A stretch of 64,000 nt of DNA from Octopus sinensis (GCF_006345805.1 NC_043013.1:11222001-11286000); one strand, 5' to 3'. Shown: positions 15,157 to 28,158, numbered from the stretch's first letter. Notes: generated by a model from the letters alone, not told the origin. A program made the numbers and translations.

Positions 15157-15530
15157 GGAGGCGCAATGGCCCAGTGGCAGCGGACTCGCGGTCAGAGAAT
15201 CGCGGTTTCGATTCCCAAACCGGGCGTTGTATGTGTTTATTGAGCGAAAACACCTAAAAGTCTTGCGAGGCTCCGGCAGGGGGGTGGGGGTGGCGACCCC
15301 TGTTGTACTCTTTCGCTCCAACTTTCTCTCACTCTTTCTTCCTGTTTCTTGTCCCCGACTTCCTACGCAACCGCTGAGCCTGGATGCGCATTCATCCATC
15401 CGTCGATGCTCTCGGTGTCGGGGGTTGACCTGCTTTCTCTTTTGCGGGTCTTACGAACAGCAAAGGACCACGTTTCGGACTTCTCCCACTGGGACGAAGA
15501 CCGCTTCGCTCAACAAACAAACAAACAATC
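15157..15530 (+). mobile_element. tRNA-derived SINE family C (GGAGGCGCAATGGCCCAGTGG head), tail variant ending (ACAA)n
   Basis: Shares head and body with 23337, 41827 and 43090 up to CTTCCTGTTTCT, then has a different 3' half ending CGCTCAACAAACAAACAAACAA. Confidence 0.8.
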
Positions 15531-17559
15531 AGCGACCACAAAAGTAACGGCAATCATTAGTACTATTATGAATTATGTGGGCTTGGAAATTCAGAAATAA
15601 ATATTTGGACAGCGGATCTTGAACAGCAATACACTTCAAAACTAAGCGTAATTTCGACGTTATATATAATGGTTAGGCACCCATCAACCCGGACATCTGC
15701 ACTACTTTTGCTTTATCTTCTTGTCTGATCATTCACTCACTCATTCACTCATTCACGCATTAATTCCATCCTTTTTCTATTCATTCTTTCATTCATTCAC
15801 CAGAATATATTTTTTTCTACCCAGTGGGATCATTCTCTTCACACCACTCACACCTTCTTGTTTGGTATTTTCCCCCGTTTCAAGGATCTTCCTAACTCTC
15901 TACGCTAGGCATGCGGGTTTTCTACACACCTTGGCAGTATTTGAACTCAGAATGCAGAGAACCGGAACAAATATTGTAATGCATGCAGTTCAACATTCTT
16001 ACAGCTTCACCAAACAACGGCTCCGGAATGGAAGATACCGAAAAATGTGCGAAGCATACTTTAGCTTTTTATTGTTACTGTTACTTTTCATTGTTACTGT
16101 ACATAACTGTTTATTATGTAGTTGTGAGTGGAGGCACATGGCCTAGTGGTTAGAGTAGCTGACTTGTGGTCGTGGGATCGCAGGTTCGAATCTCAGACCG
16201 TGCAATGTGTCTGTTTATGAGCGAAACACCTAACGGCGAACTTCTGCTGACTCTTTCGCCACAACTTTCTTTCACTCTTTCCCTATTCATCTAGCAGCTC
16301 ACCGATGACCCGTCCAGGTGGGGGCAGCGTTTGCACGAACTTCTAGAAATAGCAACTGACTCACACTTCAGAGTTTAAAATAGTTTAAAATAGTTTAAAA
16401 AATAAACTTTGATTACGCAGGTCTATAAAAACATTCTAATGATGATTATATTTTTTCCTTCAGTGAACGCAACCTTCAATTAAAAAGAAAATGTCGGCCG
16501 CGGCAGCAGCTGTAGTGTAGAAGTAGTAGTAGTAGTAGTAGTATCTTAGTATTTGAATGATAGTATATTTTATCTAACCCAATTGGATGAATGGCTAAGT
16601 TGACCGGGGCGGAATTTTGAAATTTGAAAATACTTTTGTCGGAACAAATATCGCGAAGCAATTCTTTCCAAGGTCTAACCAAATCCTACCATCTCGCCGC
16701 AATAATAATGACGATGATGGTGGTGGTGGCGGTAGCGGTGGCGGTGGCGGTGGGGGTGGGGATGGGGGGTTGATGATGATGATGATGAAGATGACGACGA
16801 TGACGATGACGATGATGATGACGATGATGATGAAAGGAAATGTAACCTTAAACTTTGCCTGCCAGTAATCCGAGAGAAGAAGCATGGTGGTAAATTGCTT
16901 ATGGAGATTTACTACTTCAACGGTAGCATGGAATTGTAACGTGCTTTCCTAGTATTCACGTTTTTTTTTTTAATTCCATTTGTCAGAATTAAATAAATGA
17001 CCTTCTAATTGCGAATAGTAAAGTTTGAAGTTTGCTTAACAGAAGCAGTCAAGAAAAAAAGAAAAAAAAAAACAATAAGACTTTAAGTAGTCAGTAATGT
17101 AGCAAGAGACAACAGCTAAATCTGTGGAGTCGCAATGGCCCAGTGGCTAGGGCAGCGGACTCGCGGTTTCGATTCCCAGACCGGGCATTGTGAGTGTTTA
17201 TTGAGCAAAAACACCTAAGCTCCACGGTGGGTAGTAGTGAACCTCGTTGCACTCTTTCACCACAACTTTCACTCTTTCTTCCTACTTCTGCTACAAAGCA
17301 GAGGAACCATGGTGTAACCCAGTATGGTGTGGTAAACTTTCAGACCCTAGTCTAGATTGCGAATCCTCTGTACCCCAGGATGGTTCAGCTCTCCACTCGT
17401 TAAAAGCCACCGTTTATTCTTTATGGTTAATGGCGTGAGTCCTGATTGGAAAAAGAAAAAGAAAAGACAGCTAAATCTCTCTCGTATCAAATTCTAACAT
17501 ATTACATCTAGTCAAGAACAGTAACAACAGTAAATGATGATGCGTGATTTTTTTTTTTA

Positions 17560-17813
17560 ATTAAAAACCGGAAAAGAACCAACAGAACGGCAATGAGATT
17601 TTACAGTAACACCGTTTTAGGCCTTTTAAAAATGGTAACCGAATCTCCCTTAAATTACTTTTGAAAAAGAACGAAAAACATAATTTCATATTTATAAAAG
17701 CAGGCTGGTTATAGAGGGAATTATTTTGCTGGACATCAGTGTTCTCGATTAGTGTTAATCTTGTACTAGACAGCTGCAATTAGTTAATTAGTTAAGCAGT
17801 TATACACATTCCC

Positions 17814-17846
<33 letters not shown>

Positions 17847-18185
17847 CCCTAAAACCCTAACCCTAGCCCTAAAACCTTAAAGCTAAAACCAGTACAAACG
17901 CGCGAACGATGTCATAAATAACAGCGGCAAAGGAAAAATGCGCCGCCGAAAGTTCTTGTTTACAAACAACGACAGTAATTTTATTCAGCTGAATACACGT
18001 CATTGACTGGTTGAAATTACCGAAATACGACTACTTTAACGTCAAATAACTTTCTGAATATAAGCTTTTCTCAAAAACGCTAAGAGTAAAATACGTTTTA
18101 TATGACACATTCTACCAGTGTCCGAAGTTTGAAACTGTTTAGTTACAAAAAATAATTTTTTAAATCTGTCGGTCAAAAGGTGTTC
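17560..18185. mobile_element. Putative non-autonomous DNA-type element containing (CCCTAA)n
   Basis: Telomere-type array at 17811-17880 inside non-microsatellite sequence ending TTAAATCTGTCGGTCAAAAGGT. No paired TIR or TSD was resolved. The assignment rests on resemblance to a recalled octopus repeat. Confidence 0.4.
17811..17880. repeat. Interstitial telomere-type repeat (CCCTAA)n, degenerate
   Basis: CCCAACCCTAACCCTAAACCCTAACCCTAACCCTAACCCTAAAACCCTAACCCTAGCCCTAAAACCTTAA. Confidence 0.9.
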
Positions 18186-18497
18186 ATTTTATCGGCACCG
18201 AAAGCGGGAAAAACAAAGCTGACCTCGGTTATATTTGAACTCAAAACATAGGGTCGGAAGATATGCTGCTAAGCATTTTGTCCGGCATACTAACAATTCT
18301 GCCAGCTCGCCGTGTCTATAGTAGAAAATCTTTTCTACTATAGACAGAAGCACTGAAATTATTTTGGAATTTGAATTCAGAACATGAAGACGGGTGAGAT
18401 GCCGTAAAGCAATTCGCCCGGCGTGCAAACTCCTCTTCCATCTAGCAGCGTTAAAGTTAACAATAAAGTATGAAATTACTTTAATTGGTTCTTCTTA

Positions 18498-19076
18498 TTT
18501 CTTAATTCTTTATTGCCCATAGGGGCTAAAGAGAGAGGGGACAAACAAGAACAGACAAAGGGATTAAGTCGATTACATCGACCCCGGAGCGTAGATGGCA
18601 CTTAATTTATCGACCCCGAAATGATTCAGGCAAAGTCAACCTCGGCGGAATTTGAACTCAGAACGTAACGGTAGACGAAATACCTATTTCTTTACTACCC
18701 ACAAGGGGCTAAACACTGAGAGGACAAACAAGGACAGACAAACGGATTAAGTCGATTATATCGACCCCAGTGCGTAACTGGCATTTATTTAATCGACCCC
18801 CGGCGTGTTAACGTTTCTGCCAGCTCGCCGCCTTCTCTAAATACCTGTTTCTTTACTACCCACAAGGGGCTAACCACAGAGAGGACAAACAAGGACAGAC
18901 AAACGGATTAAGTCGATTATATCAATCCCAGTACGTAACTGGTACTTAATTTATCGACTTCGAATAGATGAAAGGCAAAGTCGACCTCGGCAGAATTTGA
19001 ACTCAGAACGTAGCGGCGGACGAAATACCACAAAGCATTTCGCCCTGCGTGCAAACGTTTCTGCCAGCTCACCGCC
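18498..19076 (-). mobile_element. Composite of three SINE-B units enclosed by a single 17-bp TSD
   Basis: TSD TTAATTGGTTCTTCTTA at 18481-18497 and 19077-19093. Internal tail junctions at 18684/18685 and 18845/18846. Confidence 0.85.
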
Positions 19077-19914
19077 TTAATTGGTTCTTCTTACATACAG
19101 GCGTGCCTTCGTGTCTAGGGTGCTGGATTCCTGATCGTAAGGCAGTGGTTTCGGTGTCGAGGTCGTTGGGATTTTTAGCTACCTACTTAATTTCATGTTC
19201 TTCCTTCTCATCCCCACTATTTTCAGACACCCCGAAGAAAAATGAATGAATAAATAAATAAAAGCTCAAGGGCGATGTCTTTGCTCCATTTTTCATTTAC
19301 ATACGATTTTGGATCAAACAAGGGCTTGAAGCCATTGTAGCAAAATGTAACCGAATGAACCACTTTCAATATGTAAAAGATATTTGTGCTATTATTACAG
19401 TAACAAAAGTGAAAATAATTTTTGCCTTGTTTGTGAAAATCAAATCGCCACTTAGCAGAACCCAGTTTTTATAGGAATAACACGGGGAGAGAAGAACTCA
19501 AGAACTGCTTTACTATACTTTGGATTCTCATCATTTTGCTGGAGTCATAGTGTGTCGTTAAATACGGCAGTTTTAGTTATGGCAGAGGTTGTCACTCTCC
19601 AGGTTTAAAACGTCTCACACATGATTTGTTTCAAACAGAGAGAAAAAATACAGTTCTATATTTAAGAGATGAGGAATTAAGTACATTATTTACAATGACA
19701 GATATTTGTCCTCATCTTGTTTGTTGTTAAAATAATAGATAGAGAATACAACTGGAAAATACGAAAACGAAAAGAGGCAGCACATATGCTAGGCCACAAC
19801 AACCTCCTAAGCAGACCGAGTGCAGATATGAACAGCATATAGGGACCGGTATTAAGGATGGATAGGAGAATATTAGATTTATAAGCCCTAAAATTCACTC
19901 CATAATTTCCCACG

Positions 19915-20070
19915 AGCATAGTGCGTAGTGGTTAAGAGCGCGGAGCTACTAACTCCAAGATTCCGAGTTCGATTCCAGGCAGTGACCTGCATAATAATAA
20001 TGCTATTAATAATAATAATAATAATAACATCGAAAAAAACCTTAGGAATGAAAACGTATGCTCGGAATTT
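19915..20070 (+). mobile_element. tRNA-derived SINE family D head
   Basis: GCATAGTGCGTAGTGGTTAAGAGCGCGG...GAGTTCGATTCCAGGC (A and B boxes) followed by (AAT)n and non-tRNA sequence. Not a complete tRNA. Confidence 0.6.
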
Positions 20071-20277
20071 TCCCAACAAACAATTGTACAGGGAGAAAGT
20101 GAGCTAGAAAAGAGAAGAATAGAATTGGTACTTTATAGATTTTCTACCTCCAAAAGCGCAACATATTGAAGTCAAAGTTACCTCGGTGAGATTCGAACAC
20201 AGAATATAAAGAACCACTGATAAGCGATCTAATTTGAGATTCTAATGACTTAGTCGATTAGCTACCCTGAAAGATGC

Positions 20278-20364
20278 TTACCCCAGGATTTCCACGCGAT
20301 CTCTCATGTAAATCTTTATTAGGGTCGATGTTGCTTAACTTCGGTGATGAGAGAATTGGTATTT
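20278..20364 (-). pseudogene. Degenerate 5S rRNA fragment
   Basis: The minus strand contains ATCACCGAAGTTAAGCAAC (20330-20348), matching the metazoan 5S A-box region, with a collinear but diverged continuation toward the C-box and 3' end. Confidence 0.7.
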
Positions 20365-21225
20365 AGAATTTTAAGGAAGAGGACTTGTTGATTACATCGA
20401 TCATATCATTAGACTAGTAATTTATTTTATTAATACCAAACGGATGAAAGGCAAGAACTAGACTTGACAAGATTTGGATTCAGAAGGGAAAGAACCGAAA
20501 GAAATAGCACTAAGCATTTTGTCCGGCGTTCTAACGATTCTACTATCTCACCATTTTACACACAACTACAATAATAAGCTTTCTTTCACATGGCCAGAAA
20601 ATATATTTTTCTCTTTTTCTTTTTATTTTTTTTTTGGTGGGAGGAAAAGTCCAGTCGATTATATCGACTGGACCCCTCACAAACAAGGTTACACGTGCCT
20701 GTGATATATTCAACCATCTATGCTATATTCTCTAATGAACAAGTGGTGCAGTTAATTGACCACTTGGAATATTCCTCGCCGAAACCGACGGAGAATCCAT
20801 TTATGTCTGACAAATAGTTGCCAACAGTTGCCAACCAAACATTTTCCTGTTGACCTACAAACGCATCGTTCCGTACGATTGGTTTGGAACAACGTCAGTA
20901 AGTCTTGAAACAAGAACTTGGCAAACTCGTTTCTCTTTTGTCAGATGGTTCAGCTGATAATGGAGCAAGTGTTTTGAAACAAATCGATATATAAATTAGA
21001 AACCAAGAAAAAATAGCCAAAAACAAAAACAAAAAACCGCAAAAACCAAGGGTGAGGCTATTGCTATTATTATGGCTGTAAGGTGGCGAGCCGGCAGAAT
21101 CGCGAAGCGCGTCGAACAAACTGCTTAACAATATTTCTTTCCTCTCTTTACATTCCGGGTTCAAATCTCTTGAAAGTCAGCATTGCCTATCATCATTTAG
21201 GGCTTGATAAAATAAAGTACTAGTG

Positions 21226-21486
21226 GAAGCACGTGGATTAGTGTTTAGGGTGTCAGTATCATGATTGTAAGATTGTAGTTTCGAATCATGGACCGGGCGA
21301 CGCGTTGTGTTCTTGAGCAAAACACTTCATTTCATGTTGCTCCAGTCCACTCAGCTGGCTAAAATGAGTAACGCTGCGATGGACTGGCGTCCCGTCCAGC
21401 TGGGGAACACATACGCCATTGAAACCAGGAAACCAGGCCCATGATCCTGGTTAGGCTTTAAAAGGGCGCATTTATTTTCATTTATT
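21226..21486 (+). mobile_element. V-SINE-like element inserted in an older SINE-B, 18-bp TSD
   Basis: V-domain-like TTGCTCCAGTCCACTCAGCTG...GCGATGGACTGGCGTCCCGTCCAG. TSD TAAAATAAAGTACTAGTG at 21208-21225 and 21487-21504. Confidence 0.75.
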
Positions 21487-22857
21487 TAAAATAAAGTACT
21501 AGTGAAGTAATGGCATCGATGTAAAATAACTGGCACAAAATTATTGCGGTTGCTTGTTGTCGATTAGCCTTTGGTCAAACATAAAAGGCTTATGGTCAAC
21601 GACACATTTACAGCTATGAATCCCCGCTCTCTCTTGTATTTCCGGATTACTTAGCTATAAAGTAATATTTTTTCCTTCTGATGCTACCAGAGTAAATTCC
21701 ACTACCCTAATGAACGAGAAAGGCAACGAATAGATACAATCGTTTGTACATCGGAGAAAATCTCGTCGAGGTTAGCTTTGTCTGTCAGCTTTTCGGGTTT
21801 GATAAATAGCTACCGAGTAATCCCCTTCCTTAAAATTGCTAGCCTTGGGACCTGCAACGGACCTGCATCCCGCTCAGAGAAAATATATTCTCGGTTACTT
21901 ACAAGTCATGAAAATTTGATAACCTGAATTATGAATCCAATTCCAGCCGAGCTCGACTTTGCCTTTCATCCTTTCGGGGTAGATGAATTAAGTACCAGGC
22001 GAGGACAGGGGCTGAGGTAATCGACTAGTCCCTCCCTCAAAATTTTGGGCCTCGTGCCTATAGTAGAAACGATAATAAATCATAGGGCTGAAGGAAAAAG
22101 CAAAGACGTTCCAGCCGTAACCGTTCCGTTTATTCCTCAGCTTAGTGCGTCCTGGTGGTTCGTATTCTATTTATTATTCCTTTTTAAAAAAAAGAAAAAG
22201 GCAGTAAAATGCAAAATTGAAGCAAACTTGGCTGCTATTTTTGCATGCTGAATGACTACATAGAAGCTCCTTCATTGGTTTCAGATAAGTAAACAGGCAC
22301 GGCTGTAGAGAGACAGATACTTTTGCATGTTGATCAACTTGCTTGGGCCCTCAAGTTCTGATTGATTCGTTAGGACGGACGTCGTTGTGATACACAGCGT
22401 GTTATGGCCGAGTCTATTAGGACGTCGTTGTGATACACAGTGTGTTATGGCCGGGCTTATCTCTTCAACACGGCCGATTTCTCCTGGAGAGAAAAAGAAA
22501 CGTAGATAGATAGATGAAGAGAGAGAGACAGAGACAGAGATAGAGAGTGGTATATTTAAGAAGAGAATTATCGTACGCAGAAGGATGAAGAGCAAAGTTG
22601 ATCACTGCAGGCTTAAAATTAAAACCAAGTAACGCGGATCGAATAAAGCAAGGAAGTTTGGCCGGTGTTTTAAACATCGGCCAATTAACTACTTTTGCAT
22701 TTTCAAGTAATAACGGTTATAAAGCCTAGGCAAACTCATTACGATTTACATTAGACAGACTGATACAATTAATATGAAGTAGAAGGAGGTTTGTCTCCCA
22801 TTGGTTGTTAGAAACGACTATAACTAATCACTCAGTGGTTCTATACCTGAGCACTAT

Positions 22858-23281
22858 ATAACTGTGCGTATCACCTTCAGTTCATCTCCAGACGTGGGCT
22901 GATGAATTACTTCGCCGCCCATCTGTCCAGCAAGATCCGTCTGGAGAGGAGGAGCCTGCCGCAAAGAGCGTTTGGAAAAGGATGGATGACAGTGGTAAGA
23001 AAGATGAGAATACATGAAGCTGTGCTTGCACGGTCGGTCGGGGCATAAAAAAAGGAAAAAGATTACCAAAAGGGATAACCAACCGGCGGATTAACTCACT
23101 AACACGGAACCCAATTTCCATCCAATCATCATTTATATTTTTAACTCCCATTCGTAAAATATATGTAAATCCATGTCTTTTCATCTTGTATATAAGAAGC
23201 GTGTTTGTATCCTACATGCCCCTTGTCTGTCCTTGTAACGTCACCTCAATGTAAACCTTTTTATAGGTAAATAAAGAAATA
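22858..23281 (+). mobile_element. 5'-truncated Tx1/L1-clade LINE (ORF2 C-terminus plus 3' UTR)
   Basis: Reads RRGLMNYFAAHLSSKIRLERRSLPQRAFGKGWMTVVRKMRIHEAVL*, resembling Tx1 ORF2 ends (L..FF..HL..K.R.ER......F...W). The 3' UTR ends GGTAAATAAAGAAATA. Confidence 0.65.
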
Positions 23282-23336
23282 TATTCATTTATCACCTGAC
23301 TTTATTTATCACCTGAGTATTCTATACTTCAGTGGT

Positions 23337-23720
23337 GGAGGCGGAATGGCCCAGTGGTTAGGGCAGCGGACTCGAGGTCGTAGGTTCGCGGTTTTGATTC
23401 CCAGACCGGGCGTTGTGAGTGTTTATTGAGCGAAAACACCTAAGCTCTACGAGGCTCCGGCAGGGATGGTGGTGATCCCTGCTGTACTCTTTCACCACAA
23501 CTTTCTCTCACTCTTACTTCCTGTTTCTGTTGTACCTGTATTTCAAGGGGCCGGCCTTGTCACTCTCTGTGTCACGCTGAATATCCCCGAGAACTACGTT
23601 AAGGGTGCACGTGTCTGTGGAGTGCTCAGCCACTTACACGTTAATTTCACGAGCAGGCTGTTCCGTTGATTCGGATCAACCGGAACCCTCATCGTCGTAA
23701 CCGACGGAGTGCTTATATCC
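23337..23720 (+). mobile_element. SINE family C, full length, 15-bp TSD
   Basis: TSD ATTCTATACTT(C/G)AGT at 23319-23333 and 23721-23735. Near-identical to 41827-42206 and 43090-43476. Confidence 0.9.
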
Positions 23721-24426
23721 ATTCTATACTTGAGTACTATTTATTTACCACTGTATTCTAATATTATTTCGATGCAACGCTAGGGGGTATGTTTTATTAC
23801 ACTCGTTTTGATGCTATATATTATTAGGATGGTCACAGTTAGCCTGTATTCTGCTCGGTTAGATTAGGTTTGATTTTTGGGACGACAAAAGCAATAATAA
23901 TAACAACGAGTCTTTTTAATTTATCGATTTCATATGACTGACTAAGGTAAAACACAAAACTGGGAAAATCAAGAATAGAAGTTTGAAACCAACAAACAAC
24001 TGAGAAGTCGATACAACAATTTAACAAGAAAGTGTGTGAGTCATATTGAATTAATTTATTGATCTATCATAGGTGACTGAGCAGTTGTTATCGTTTTTGT
24101 TGTTAAGCCCCAGGTCATCTCTGATCGTGTTAACTTATAGCCAAAAGCGTTTCAGTTGTGTTCATTCAGTCTTTAATTCAATGTTTGTACGACGTCGTTA
24201 ACTACTCTAACTCGTGTGACATTCTTGTTAGAAAAGCATAGGGTTTGCGATTGACCAGGGTACATAACTATTAAATTTTGTAGGTCGAAATACCGTGTTT
24301 AGAGTCTCATGACGTTTGAGATTGTTAGAACGTTGGATAAAATTCCTTATAGGCTTTGTTTAACCAACTTTACGCTTTCAGTTCGAACATTGCCAGAGCG
24401 AGCCGAAGTTTTCGTTTTCACTTGAT

Positions 24427-24655
24427 GGGCGAGCTGGCAGAAACGTTAGCACACCAGGCAAAATGCTTAGCGGTATTTCGTCCGTCTTTACGTTCCGAGT
24501 TCAAATTCCGCCGAGGCCGACTTTGCCTTTCATCCTTTCGGGGTCGAAAAATTAATTACCAGTAACGCACTGGGGTCGATGTAATTGACTTAATCCGTTT
24601 GTCTGTTCTTGTTTGTTCCCTCTATGTTTAGCCCTTGTGGGCAATAAAGAAATAG
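24427..24655 (+). mobile_element. SINE family B, full length
   Basis: Head, Meta-like core and the Tx1-type tail GGGCAATAAAGAAATAGG are all present. Confidence 0.9.
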
Positions 24656-25003
24656 GCTTAAATAAAGTATCAGTAATGCATGGCAGTCCATTGCATCTAT
24701 ACCAAATAGCGTTGATTAGAAGATGTAAGGGTGTTTGTCTTCTTGGATGGGTAGAAAATTGGTTAGCGGTGTAAAATTTGAAAATAATTAAAAAGAAAAA
24801 GATACTGATAATAGTTTGCAATTTAGACCCAAATCAAATACTTTTGAGGAGCAGGGTAGCTAGTTGACTCCTTCAACTCTCGTGTTCAATTAATATTTAT
24901 TGTAAATGATCCCGAAAGGTAATGTTAAACTCGGCAGAATTTGAATTCATAAGGTAAATAACCGAAAAATAAAGTAGTAGTGTATATATATATAATATAT
25001 ATA

Positions 25004-25280
25004 TTACGCCCTTTTCAAGTCTAGCCATTGCTCATGGGCCCGGTATACTGGTATGTGTGGCGTATGTATTCCCCACAACTGGACGAGACGCCAGTCCATG
25101 GTAACGTTACTCAAGAAACAGGAAGAAAGAGTGAGAGAAAGTTAGGGCGAAAGAGTAAAACAGGGGTTGCCACCCCACCTACCGGTACCTCGTCGAGCTT
25201 TAAGTATTTTCGCTTAATAAACACACACAACGCCCGGTCTGGGAATCGAAACCGCTATCCTCCGACCGCGAATTCATTGG
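25004..25280 (-). mobile_element. Chimeric SINE: family C head/body plus V-SINE tail
   Basis: Minus strand: family C body ...CTTCCTGTTTCTTGAGTAACG, then ATGGACTGGCGTCTCGTCCAG...CATACGCC...GGCCCATGAGC...AAAAGGGCG, matching the 3' half of 21226-21486. Confidence 0.75.
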
Positions 25281-25411
25281 GCTTTCTGACGAAGAGCTAC
25301 GCTCGAAACGCCAAAAACTCTCTTCTTAATGAGCGTGCAATTAATACAGTCCACGTGTATGTGTTCTTGTTGTTTATTATTGTTATTTTCAATGTTCGTT
25401 TATTTCATTCG

Positions 25412-25460
<49 letters not shown>

Positions 25461-26857
25461 CAGCATTATTTCTTCCGCCTTTATATTTTGCGATGAAATT
25501 CTATCGAGATCGACTTAGCTTCTCATCCTTTCGGAGCCGATAAAAGTAAGTACCAGTTGAGTACTGGGGTATATGCAATCGAATTAGCTCCCCTCCCCCC
25601 CCAAAAAAAAATTGCTGGCATTGTGCCAAAATTTTAAACTGAGAGTATAAATATATATTTATATATCAACAGTCAACCTTACCCGCACTAATTTCCATAC
25701 CCACACTCATTCTAAGCCAGTAATAGAGTATACCCGGCTTTCAAAATTTGTGATTTTGTGCTATTTTTAGAAATAAATATTAATGGAATTCAGAAAACAA
25801 GTTGTAGAATCTATAGAATAAAGGTAAAACACGTATTTTTAATATCAAGTGCGAGTTGTAAGTGGATCAGGATCCGTTAACGCCGTAACTTTACTAAGAG
25901 AAATAATGGATATTTAATTTTATAGACACATAGTTATGTAAATTATATTATGTTTGGGTCTTTGGAATTATTAGGAAGTTATTGGATTTGCATGCGAAGG
26001 CTTTTAACACTAATGTCTTGAAGTTTTGTCTTTTTTGTTTTACTTTTTTTTATATATATATTTTCATTTTGTTATATCTAGCGAGGGATTTCATCTTCTG
26101 AAGCAATATGTGATGTAACGGTTATTGCTCTGATAAGAATTATATAACACTCCAAACGGCGTATGTAGTAATATATTTAGATATATTCAAGTAAACCTTC
26201 ATATATTTAAGTAATGCTGAGGTATAATTTCTTGGGCACTTATTCGTTTAAGTGTGGACACTTTAATTTTATTCCGGATCTCGAAGTTAATTGTTCATTA
26301 TGCTTTTGACTTTATGCTTACAAAAGAATGTAAATAAATTAAAAGAAAAATGAGACAAAAACTAAAAAAATTAGAAAGTGGTCTTCGGAATTGTATGATC
26401 AAAACATCTGAGAGTTAACATCTGAAAATAAATAAATAGATAGATAAATGAATAAATTGTAAGCTGTTTAGGGTGTTAGGATTTTCAGCTGTATACGATA
26501 ATTTTTTTTTTAATATGTGTTGTATGCGGATATGAAGAATTCAATTTTTTGTACGTAATATATTTCGTTTACATTTTTAAGTGCATAAATATAATTTGTA
26601 TGCGTTTTGTAATTACATATTCATCTATGATAAAATGAAATAAAATAAAATAATCTTGCAGCTTTTTTAAAATTTCAGAAAGTGAAATAGTACAGAGAAA
26701 TTGCGTGACCTACTTGTTTGGTTGTTGGAGGTTTACAATCATAAGATTTGGGTTCCGATTCATGGACATTGAAGAAAGAGCATTTTTTCCAAGTTTCTGG
26801 AGCTTTCTACAGTAAAAAAACAATTACAAGCGGAGTGTTGGCTCAAACCTCTCATAA

Positions 26858-27347
26858 TAGTCCTTTCTACTGGAAGCACAAGGCTTCAAATTTGGAGAAA
26901 GAAATTAAATTAAGTCTATTACATCGAGCACTGTGCATAACTGGTATTCATTTAATCGACCCCGAAAGGATAAAAGGCAAACTCGACCTTGGCGGAATTC
27001 GAACTCAGAACGTGAAGACGGACGAAATACAGCAAAGCATTTTGCCCGGTGTGTTAACGATTCTGCCAGCTCGCCGTCCTCGAACCTCTCATAACACCTA
27101 TTTCTTTACTACCCACAAAAAGATAAACACAGAGAGGACAAACAAGGACAGACAAACGGATTAAGTCGATTATATTGACCCCCAGTGCGTAACTGGTACT
27201 TATTTAATCGATCCCGAAAGGATGAAAGATAAAGTCGACCTCGGCGGAATTTGAACTCAGAACGTGAAAACGGACGAAATACAGCAATGCATTTTGCCTG
27301 GCGTGTTAACGATTCTGCCAGCTCGCCGCCCTCGAACCTCTCATAAT
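26858..27347 (-). mobile_element. SINE-B tandem pair with duplicated flank
   Basis: Two SINE-B bodies with different tails. The flank motif AACCTCTCATAA occurs three times (~26846, ~27083, ~27335). Confidence 0.75.
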
Positions 27348-27686
27348 GATATTATGTCCTTGATGTTCCGCTTCTTCTGAGGTCCAAGTAGTGTTAGAAA
27401 GCTTGTTTTCACTCGCGACTACATACGTGTGTGAAAGAATATATGAAATCTTGATATGTGGTACCAAATCACACTCGCTCCTGAGCCAAGAACATTTGCA
27501 TGGTTTTATGTACTGTACCATTCACTCATACTCACTTATCTGACGAACGCATTGCAAGAAGAAGAAATTATGATTCTTTAAAACTTGTACTTTAAAAATG
27601 TTCGTTAGGTATATGAATGCACTCAAAGAAAATAGAATTCTCAAAATTATCTAACATAAATATGCTACATCTCTCTCTATCTCTCT

Positions 27687-27785
<99 letters not shown>

Positions 27786-28158
27786 AATCTGTCTGTCTGT
27801 CTGTCTGTATGTGCGCCAATTTACCTTTCTCTCCTTTTCTTCTGACTTTGCGTGTGTGTACGTACAAACACATGTAAATATGCAAATCAACACACATACA
27901 CACGCACGCACGCACGCACGCGCACATACACACGCACAAACATACAGAAATAACGCTGCCCATATATCTGCAAACATTAACGTATTTTAAGTTCTGTCCA
28001 AAACATGCTAGTGAGTTTCTGACGTTTCGCACAAAGTAATCCTTTCGGAAAATGCAAGCTTTAATTTGTTACTCAATCCGTGAAAGCTTTGATTAAGTAG
28101 AGATTGACAGATGGCAAGTGTTTGTAACTTAAATTGCTTCATATATATATACATACAT

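Noticed and set aside
19915-19985. tRNA gene candidates (also the heads of SINE families A-C)
   Set aside because: A/B boxes are present, but the acceptor stem is not closed and the sequence continues into SINE bodies.
22377-22453. 34-bp direct repeat with a 9-nt spacer (CRISPR-like look)
   Set aside because: Only two units, eukaryotic context and no cas genes. It is a simple local tandem duplication.
22590-22830. Possible enhancer (TTTACGA homeodomain-like site, small GGCCG hairpin)
   Set aside because: Short motifs are expected by chance, and conservation data would be needed.
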